Positions 56,905-64,000 of a stretch of 64,000 bases of DNA are shown piece after piece (the stretch's first letter is position 1; each line of letters starts with the position of its first letter). Below the pieces are notes generated by a model. It worked only from the letters and a program-made list of their open reading frames with translations. It had not been told where the DNA came from and did no database searches. A program made the translations under genes and the position numbers. Origin of the DNA: Amoebidium appalachense (lineage: Eukaryota > Protista > Ichthyosporea); assembly GCA_963693365.1 (NCBI GenBank), contig CAVNZM010000003.1, positions 2,552,587 to 2,616,586 on the forward strand, read 5' to 3'.

Positions 56905-57333
56905 ATGGCTGAGTTAAGACCATTTGTTCATGTAGCACGGCGCAATGGAAGTGTGGAGAAAGTGGTGCGTGACATGCTTGCTGATAAGCTTAATGGTACT
57001 GTTGAAGTTAATACAATACACGGGCGAATTGATATACTTACAGCTACCGAGCTGATTGAAGTTAAGTCATGGAACCTATACAAGACAGCAATGGGCCAGA
57101 TAGTGTTCTACCGTCTGAGCTATCCCATGCACCAGACACGTGTGCACTTTTATGGTAACGAGTTTCCAAAAGCAGCAAAGATTAAGAGCATTGTGGATGG
57201 CTTCATTCTGCATGGCATCCACGTGAGTGCCCAGTGTGGGATGGAAGTCATCTGGCTCACACAGATCAACAGCGACGGCCAATTGGAACTCAACAGAGAA
57301 GGCTTCACGGCACTGGTCATGCCTAGGTTCTAA
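56905..57333 (+). CDS. PD-(D/E)XK restriction-endonuclease-like protein, copy 1 (intronless, 142 aa)
   Basis: E...GRIDILT.TELIEVK...K.A.GQ...Y fits the D...ExK catalytic motif plus the Mrr/RecB-like QxxxY helix. AATAAA lies just after the stop. Confidence 0.75.
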   Translation: MAELRPFVHVARRNGSVEKVVRDMLADKLNGTVEVNTIHGRIDILTATELIEVKSWNLYKTAMGQIVFYRLSYPMHQTRVHFYGNEFPKAAKIKSIVDGFILHGIHVSAQCGMEVIWLTQINSDGQLELNREGFTALVMPRF

Positions 57334-57512
57334 TGCCAATAAAACCATCTTCTAGCATGCACGTGTTGGAATGCCACCACTGGGGGCCGTGGTTCCGGCA
57401 GCAGGGGGGGCACACGTGCAGGGGAGGCAGGGGGGCTGGGGTGGCGCACGTGCACAGGAGGCTGGGGAGAGTGGGGGAACCATGGTTGTGTGATACTATC
57501 TATCCCCCATGT

Positions 57513-57941
57513 ATGGCTGAGTTAAGACCATTTGTTCATGTAGCACGGCGCAATGGAAGTGTAGAGAAAGTGGTGCGTGACATGCTTGCTGATAAGCTTG
57601 ATGGTACTGTTGAAGTTAATACAATACACGGGCGAATTGATATACTTACAGCTACCGAGCTGATTGAAGTTAAGTCATGGAACCTATACAAGACAGCAAT
57701 GGGCCAGATAGTGTTCTACCGTCTGAGCTATCCCATGCACCAGACACGTGTGCACTTTTATGGTAACGAGTTTCCAAAAGCAGCAAAGATTAAGAGCATT
57801 GTGGATGGCTTCATTCTGCATGGCATCCACGTGAGTGCCCAGTGTGGGATGGAAGTCATCTGGCTCACACAGATCAACAGCGACGGCCAATTGGAACTCA
57901 ACAGAGAAGGCTTCACGGCACTGGTCATGCCTAGGTTCTAA
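57513..57941 (+). CDS. PD-(D/E)XK restriction-endonuclease-like protein, copy 2
   Basis: Tandem copy offset by 608 bp. It differs by one N>D change and one synonymous change that I could see. Confidence 0.75.
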   Translation: MAELRPFVHVARRNGSVEKVVRDMLADKLDGTVEVNTIHGRIDILTATELIEVKSWNLYKTAMGQIVFYRLSYPMHQTRVHFYGNEFPKAAKIKSIVDGFILHGIHVSAQCGMEVIWLTQINSDGQLELNREGFTALVMPRF

Positions 57942-58276
57942 TGCCAATAAAACCATCTTCTAGCATGCACGTGTTGGAATGCCACCACTGGGGGGCCTGG
58001 TTCCGGGAGGCAGGGGAGCAGGGGGGGCAGGGGAGGCAGGGGAGGCACGTGAGCACTCACTGGCCCTGCGCCGGGCCTGGTTCCGGGAGGCAGGGGAGCA
58101 GGGGGGGCACCCAGTGTGTGGGTGTGCATATGGGCAGGGGAGCAGGGGGGCAGGGGGGCAGGGGAGCAGGGGGGACTGGGGAGCAGGGGGGACTGGGGAG
58201 ACTGGCATGCCACTCACGGGGAGGATAGTGTATGTTGGCACGTGTGGGTGTGTGGGTGATAAAGGCAGAAGCCACA

Positions 58277-58882
58277 ACACGTGTGGTGTCTAAACAGCCT
58301 ATAGGCATGCTCCGTGTGCAGGCACCAATTTCTACCCTCTTCTGGTTGGTGCCAAGAGGCAGCGCCCTACACGTGTGGTGTCTAAACAGCCTATAGGCAT
58401 GCTCCGTGTGCAGGCACCAATTTCTACCCTCTTCTGGTTGGTGCCAAGAGGCAGCGCCCTACACGTGTGGTGTCTAAACAGCCTATAGGCATGCTCCGTG
58501 TGCAGGCACCAATTTCTACCCTCTTCTGGTTGGTGCCAAGAGGCAGCGCCCTACACGTGTGGTGTCTAAACAGCCTATAGGCATGCTCCGTGTGCAGGCA
58601 CCAATTTCTACCCTCTTCTGGTTGGTGCCAAGAGGCAGCGCCCTACACGTGTGGTGTCTAAACAGCCTATAGGCATGCTCCGTGTGCAGGCACCAATTTC
58701 TACCCTCTTCTGGTTGGTGCCAAGAGGCAGCGCCCTACACGTGTGGTGTCTAAACAGCCTATAGGCATGCTCCGTGTGCAGGCACCAATTTCTACCCTCT
58801 TCTGGTTGGTGCCAAGAGGCAGCGCCCTACACGTGTGGTGTCTAAACAGCCTATAGGCATGCTCCGTGTGCAGGCACCAATT
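58277..58882. repeat. 92-bp tandem array (~6.6 identical units) rich in palindromes
   Basis: acgtgtggtgtctaaacagcctataggc... recurs at 58279, 58371, 58463, 58555, 58647, 58739 and 58831. Each unit contains ACACGTGT, GCCTATAGGC, GCATGC and a GGCACCAA...TTGGTGCC stem. Confidence 0.96.
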
Positions 58883-59069
58883 TGTTGTGCCTTCCTTTTT
58901 TGGTTAGATCTATACCCGGCCAATGGTTAGCAGCCACGGGTTTGTTTTCATCAAGCTTAGACGTGATACTTTGCCAACCATCAAGGCCGTTTGAGTGACA
59001 ATGACCGTTGATTGGAGAGATCTATCCCATTGAGCCTTGGCACCATTGCTGTAAGCTGCTTTGTACCGT

Positions 59070-59082
59070 GGCATATAAAAGC
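59070..59082 (+). promoter_or_regulatory. TATA-box element GGCATATAAAAGC upstream of ORF 59177
   Basis: About 95 bp upstream of the ATG. The identical 13-mer precedes the convergent ORF on the minus strand. Confidence 0.6.
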
Positions 59083-59176
59083 AGCACACACGGTCACATT
59101 CACTCATTTCAACACTGACACTCAATAGTAAAAGGCGACACACAACAAACTTGTTTTTCAAACACTCACACGAAAC

Positions 59177-60361
59177 ATGGATTCTTGGAAAGAGGAGCTT
59201 CAACAGCTGCAGAAGCGCTTTGATTTTCTGTACACGGACCATTCGTCTCGCTTAACGGCCCTGCACACCGACGTCACCAGCCTCCGCACCGACCTCACCA
59301 GCCTCCGCAGTCAAGTGACCAATGAGAATGCTGCGCGTACCCCCCGACCCCCCCAACCCCAGCCCTCTGATGTAGAGGCACGACTGAGGGCAGCCGAAGA
59401 GCAGATCAAGACCCTGCAGGCCGAGCTTGCCAGCCTGCAACGGGCTGCAGCACCCCGTCGGGATGGCCAGGTGGCCTATGAAAACTACATTTTCAGTGGC
59501 CCTCGCAAGACTACCATTGCCGCCAACACCACCACTGTGACTGCTGACCCCACCCCTGCCGCCAACACCACCACTGTGACTGCCCCCACCCCTGCCGCAA
59601 AGACCACCCCTGTGACTGCCCCCACCCCTGTCGCAAAGACCGCCCCTGTGACTGCCCCCACCCCTGCCGCAAAGACCACCCCTGTGACTGCCCCCACCCC
59701 TGCCGCCAAGACCACTCCTGCCAAGACCACCCCTACCACCAAGACCACTCCTGCCAAGACCACCCCTACCACCAAGACCACTCCTGCCAAGACCACCCCT
59801 ACCACCAAGACCACTCCTGCCAAGACCACCCCTGCCGCTAAGCCCAGGCCCAAGCACACCAAAACACCTGAGACTTCGTTGCATGACCATACGATGGACC
59901 TCGATGCACAGCTAACTAGTGTGAGGGGGGAGCTCCAGAATGCTCGAGAGCGTGTCAAAGAGGCAAAGGCGGCTGAAGATGAAATGGCGGAGGGCCTGGC
60001 CATTGCTGCTGTGTGTGCAGCCCAAAACACCATAAAAAGCATCCAAAGGAAGATTCTGCGACGGGAGAAGAACTTGAAGGCATACACAGGTGGTAATGAG
60101 TCTGTCTCTTCACCTGCCTCACCCGCCAAACGCGTCCATGATCAATGTGATTGGGACTCAGATGAAGCATTCAACCCCAAGCGGCTCAAACGACGGGCAA
60201 ATCAGGTACTCGATGATATGACAGATGACGAATCTGCGTCTGATCGTGAGTCGGTCGTGTATGACCGCAAACCTGAACCCAAACATAAACAAACTGAAGA
60301 AATTCCCCTCATTGATCTTGACCAGGAAGAGTTTGACCAGTATGAGCATGAGATGTACTGA
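59177..60361 (+). CDS. Orphan intronless 394-aa protein: coiled coils, (PAKTT/TAPTP) repeats, basic and acidic tail
   Basis: Long ATG-started ORF with a TATA box, heptad segments, an NLS-like PKRLKRR and a C-terminal EEIPLIDLDQEE. Confidence 0.8.
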   Translation: MDSWKEELQQLQKRFDFLYTDHSSRLTALHTDVTSLRTDLTSLRSQVTNENAARTPRPPQPQPSDVEARLRAAEEQIKTLQAELASLQRAAAPRRDGQVAYENYIFSGPRKTTIAANTTTVTADPTPAANTTTVTAPTPAAKTTPVTAPTPVAKTAPVTAPTPAAKTTPVTAPTPAAKTTPAKTTPTTKTTPAKTTPTTKTTPAKTTPTTKTTPAKTTPAAKPRPKHTKTPETSLHDHTMDLDAQLTSVRGELQNARERVKEAKAAEDEMAEGLAIAAVCAAQNTIKSIQRKILRREKNLKAYTGGNESVSSPASPAKRVHDQCDWDSDEAFNPKRLKRRANQVLDDMTDDESASDRESVVYDRKPEPKHKQTEEIPLIDLDQEEFDQYEHEMY

Positions 60362-60764
60362 TTTGATTGGTCGACTAAGTGGCATTCTCTTTTGATTTGT
60401 ATTTGAATTGATCGGTCTTGATTTATTTGTTTCTTTTCTCTTTTAGTTTGTATTTGAATATACTCGGTCCAAGTTGATTTGTTCTTTGTAATCTGACTAG
60501 ACTATCATGTACGTACGTACTCTTTTTCTATACAATCACTTGTGTTCATATTAAAGGATTCTGTGTACGTGGACCACGGAAACATACACCATTTTTTGCA
60601 GTGCTTCATGCTATAAAATAACCATGAGAGACACAAACAAATACACTAAGTGTGTACACGTCTACCCATAGGCCCAAGTGTTGACATGTCTGCCCACAGT
60701 TCCCTAAGGCTTAAAGCACACATCTGCCTGTATGCCATAAACTTTACTTTCACCACAAGACACC

Positions 60765-61502
60765 CACCTAAGTACACGTCTGCACCACCCTAAGTACACT
60801 GTGGTGCACAGCCCCACCCTAAGTACACGTCTGCACCACCCTAAGTACACTGTGGTGCACAGCCCCACCCTAAGTACACCTCTGCACCACCCTAAGTACA
60901 CTCTGCACCACCCTAAGTACACGTCTGCACCACCCTAAGTACACTGTGGTGCACAGCCCCACCCTAAGTACACGTCTGCACCACCCTAAGTACACCTCTG
61001 CACCACCCTAAGTACACGTCTGCACCACCCTAAGTACACCTCTGCACCACCCTAAGTACACCTCTGCACCACCCTAAGTACACCTCTGCACAGCCCTAAG
61101 TACACCTCTGCACCACCCTAAGTACACTCTGCACCACCCTAAGTACACGTCTGCACCACCCTAAGTACACTCTGCACCACCCTAAGTACACGTCTGCACC
61201 ACCCTAAGTACACTCTGCACAGCCCCACCCTAAGTACACGTCTGCACCACCCTAAGTACACTCTGCACAGCCCCACCCTAAGTACACTCTGCACCACCCT
61301 AAGTACACTCTGCACCACCCTAAGTACCTCTACACCATCCTAAGTACACGTCTGCACAGCCCCACCCTTTAAGTACACGTCTGCACAGCCCCACCCTTTA
61401 AGTACACGTCTGCACCATCCTAAGTACACGTCTGCACAGCCCCACCCTTTAAGTACACGTCTGCACAGCCCCACCCTAAGTACACTCAATGTTAAGTACA
61501 CC
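60765..61502. repeat. Variable 21-29-bp minisatellite with core CACCCTAAGTACAC(G/C)TCTGCAC
   Basis: About 30 units between two convergent ORFs. Most units contain CCCTAA. Confidence 0.93.
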
Positions 61503-61564
61503 TGCACACAAGCACTAGAATAGCCTGAGGCTACTCTCTAATAGCGGCCCCTTTTTTCACCGTG

Positions 61565-62311
61565 TCAAGGCCAGTTGATATCTCCATCTGAAGACTCGGA
61601 AGACGCCCCAGAGCTGCTGGCTTCACTGGCTCGTGCCCTTTTCTGCTGTCCCCGTGTCAAGGTCTTGGACTCGGAAGACGAGTGCTCCTCAGAAGACGAG
61701 TACTCCTCAGGTCCCCATAGCAAGGTCTTGAACCAAGGAGGCACTTCCTCCTGTACCTCCGACCCAGAGCTTTTGACTTCCTCTCGTGTCCTCTTCTGCT
61801 GTCTTCGTGGTTTCTCCCGTGTCTTGGACCCCTGTGTGAAGGTCTTCCAGTTGAACCAAGGAGGCACTGGAGAATGGTGCTCCTCCTCCGACCCAGAGCT
61901 TCTGACTTCCTCTCGTGTCCTCTTCTGCTGTCTTCGTGGTTTCTCCCGTGTCTTGGACCCCTGTGTGATGTGCAAACGTGAGCGCTGCAGGGGCAGGGGG
62001 GCCAAGTCCACGGGATAGGAGCTGCCATGCTCGCCAGCACGAAGTGCAGGTGCCGCTGCCAGGACAGGGGGTGCCACGGTCAGCGCTGGGGGTGCCACGG
62101 TCAGCGCTGGGGGTGCCACGGTCAGCGCTGGGGGTGCCACGGTTGCTGCTGTAGTGGTGCGCTTGCTTAAAGCCATGCGGGCGTGCCTAGCAAGGGCGCA
62201 CGCGAAACGGGTCTGGGTGTCCCGCAGGACCTTTGCATCCTCCTCCAAAGTCTTGAGTCTTGTCTCTATTTTTTTAGCGCGCCTTTCTAGATCTTTGATG
62301 TTAGAACTCAT
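61565..62311 (-). CDS. Orphan intronless ~248-aa protein: N-terminal coiled coil, TVAPPAL repeats, 43-aa R/K/S/E-rich repeats
   Basis: ATG at 62311 (MSSNIKDLERRAKKIETRLKTLEE). In-frame 21-bp and 129-bp internal repeats. TATA element 84 bp upstream. Confidence 0.75.
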   Translation of the reverse strand: MSSNIKDLERRAKKIETRLKTLEEDAKVLRDTQTRFACALARHARMALSKRTTTAATVAPPALTVAPPALTVAPPALTVAPPVLAAAPALRAGEHGSSYPVDLAPLPLQRSRLHITQGSKTREKPRRQQKRTREEVRSSGSEEEHHSPVPPWFNWKTFTQGSKTREKPRRQQKRTREEVKSSGSEVQEEVPPWFKTLLWGPEEYSSSEEHSSSESKTLTRGQQKRARASEASSSGASSESSDGDINWP

Positions 62312-62394
62312 TTTCGTGACAGTTGGATGTACGTTGTGTGGCAAGGGAGAAGCTAGCTAACATGGAAAAGGTGTGTGGATTGAAGAGAGTATGG

Positions 62395-62407
62395 GCTTTT
62401 ATATGCC
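62395..62407 (-). promoter_or_regulatory. TATA-box element GGCATATAAAAGC upstream of ORF 62311
   Basis: Identical to 59070-59082. Several CCAAT boxes (gattgg on the plus strand) lie further upstream at 62443-62641. Confidence 0.6.
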
Positions 62408-63261
62408 GTGCCCGGCTTTGGCATCAGATGCTTTATTGCATTAGATTGGTTGGATATACCCCAGCCGCGACGCTTGATTGGATCTAGAGATCGCGTGAAT
62501 ATCTGATTGGCTAATTGTCATTTGGGCATCTTGGTGTATCCGATAAGTTGGGGCTCAACCAAATCTGCTGACTGATTGATGAATTCTGATTGGATCAACA
62601 AGAGCATGTTTTGACTTGAGAATTGTCATTTGACAGATTGGATTGTAATCCGATCTTTGCAACTTGGCCGTCAGTGTTTGAACACAATGTATTTTGATGT
62701 AGCAACTCCTAAAAAAACACGAATATGCTTCCCAACAATTACGAGCATTATTCTGTCTATCAGGGATACAAAAATTGGTCAGGAAAAGTACACAATCACA
62801 TGGTGCTGACTGCTTGAACACGATGTCAATTGATAGCGAATCGGTGCACTGCCTGCTGGGAACAACATGTCACTTTTTGAGCAGCACTTAGGAAACTCGC
62901 GCTCACGTGGATCCAATACTTATACACCAACCAGAAGTGTGCGCACAAAAAGGGGTCCGAGCTGGATACAAATGGCTTGGTGTGTGTGTGTGTGTGTTTT
63001 ATTTTGCACTGTGTAAGGAGCGCTTTTTTTTTTTGTTCACACTGCTTTACTTTGTAAATAATCAGTGGCGAGTTTTTTTAGTTCACGGTGTGTTTGCGCA
63101 TCATAGGATTTTGCTTTATTTTGCATTGTGTAAGAGGAACGTTTTTTTTTGGGTCACACTTTTGCTTCGTAAAAATAAGAGGGACGTTTTTTTTGTTCAC
63201 ACTGCTTTGCTTCGTGGATAAAAACTAAACACCTCCTGCCCAACCGGCTGCAAACGACACA

Positions 63262-63618
63262 ATGGATGAAACAGATACACAGCGCCAAGATGCACACACC
63301 GAGCAGCTGCAAGAGACCAACAAGATGCTGAAGGAGGCCAACGAGGGGCTGCACGGGCTGATCCAGCAGCTGAGGGAGTTGAACAACGACATGGACAAGG
63401 ACAACGACGCGCTGCGCACAATGAACAAGAACCAGCGGGAGGTGATCAAGGGCCTGCAAGAGGAGCGCAACAAGGTGTGCGAAGAGAACAAGAATTTGGT
63501 GGTGGAGAACCAAGAGCTGCAGCTGGAAAACGACAAGCTGAAGAAGCAAAAGGACTTTCTACGGGCCTGTCTCATACGGCTGGGCCAGTCCGCTAAGACT
63601 CCGGATGAAACGGATTGA
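63262..63618 (+). CDS. Orphan 118-aa coiled-coil (leucine-zipper-like) protein
   Basis: ATG-started ORF with GC-biased third codon positions and a continuous heptad pattern (LQETNKML...LVVENQELQLENDKLKKQ). Confidence 0.7.
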   Translation: MDETDTQRQDAHTEQLQETNKMLKEANEGLHGLIQQLRELNNDMDKDNDALRTMNKNQREVIKGLQEERNKVCEENKNLVVENQELQLENDKLKKQKDFLRACLIRLGQSAKTPDETD

Positions 63619-63676
63619 TACAATCATGAGGGATAACACTTGCGAGTGATTTCATTCTGTTACTTAGTATGTATTA

Positions 63677-63886
63677 ACGTCTAAGCTTGATGAAAACAAA
63701 CCCGTGGCTGCTAACCATTGGCCGGGTATAGATCTAACCAAAAAAGGAAGGCACAACAAATTAGTGCCCTGCACACGGAGCATGCCTATAGGCTGTTTAG
63801 ACACCACACGTGTAGGGCACTGCCTCTTGGCACCAACCAGAAGAGGGTAGAAATCAGTGCCCTGCACACGGGGCATGCCTATAGGC
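63677..63886 (-). repeat. ~210-bp inverted copy of 58758-58964 (1.3 units of the 92-bp repeat plus unique flank)
   Basis: acgtctaagcttgatgaaaacaaacccgtggctgctaaccattggccgggtatagatctaaccaaaaaaggaaggcacaacaaatt... is the reverse complement of 58880-58964, continuing into the repeat unit with few substitutions. Confidence 0.93.
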
Positions 63887-64000
63887 AGTGATGGGGTCAG
63901 TAGGATGAGTAGCTTGAGTACCTACTCATCTGGTCTCCCCCCGGGTGTTCCAATTTCCTTTTGGATTGAGATTTAGGTATACCCGTAGCCCGCAGTAGAT

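Noticed and set aside
58277-58882. CRISPR-like appearance of the palindromic 92-bp array
   Set aside because: The units are identical end to end with no unique spacers, there are no cas genes, and the context is eukaryotic.
59252-60129. Antisense ORFs of 212 and 214 aa (and minus-strand ORFs at 63154-63623)
   Set aside because: They are shadows of repetitive or GC3-biased sense ORFs, mostly with non-ATG starts and no promoter evidence.
60765-61502. CRISPR array or true chromosome end
   Set aside because: The variable parts are only 6-15 bp and drawn from a few recurring variants. The array is internal and not pure (CCCTAA)n.

Overview
Eukaryotic genomic DNA, intron-rich and saturated with (CA)n/(GT)n, (GA)n and poly-C/poly-G tracts. 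The gene content suggests a unicellular opisthokont, but this is inference only. Positions 1 to ~55 kb hold five spliced host genes: an unidentified minus-strand gene with a 1.29-kb exon-containing tandem duplication, a Flower/TVP18-like membrane protein, a 23-exon mitochondrial GUF1/LepA (EF4), an atypical SLC25 mitochondrial carrier and DIM1/TXNL4A. The same stretch carries a 5'-truncated Penelope-like RT fragment and at least nine copies of a short element that sits at poly-C tracts and has a covarying RNA structure. From ~55 kb to the end the sequence changes abruptly to an intronless, almost microsatellite-free island. It contains a perfect 363-bp GC-rich palindrome, a tandemly duplicated PD-(D/E)XK nuclease gene, a 92-bp palindromic repeat array with an inverted partner ~5 kb away, three orphan coiled-coil genes and a CCCTAA-containing minisatellite. 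The island looks like part of an endogenous virus or a large undescribed mobile element. Most ORFs in the supplied track are microsatellite artefacts.
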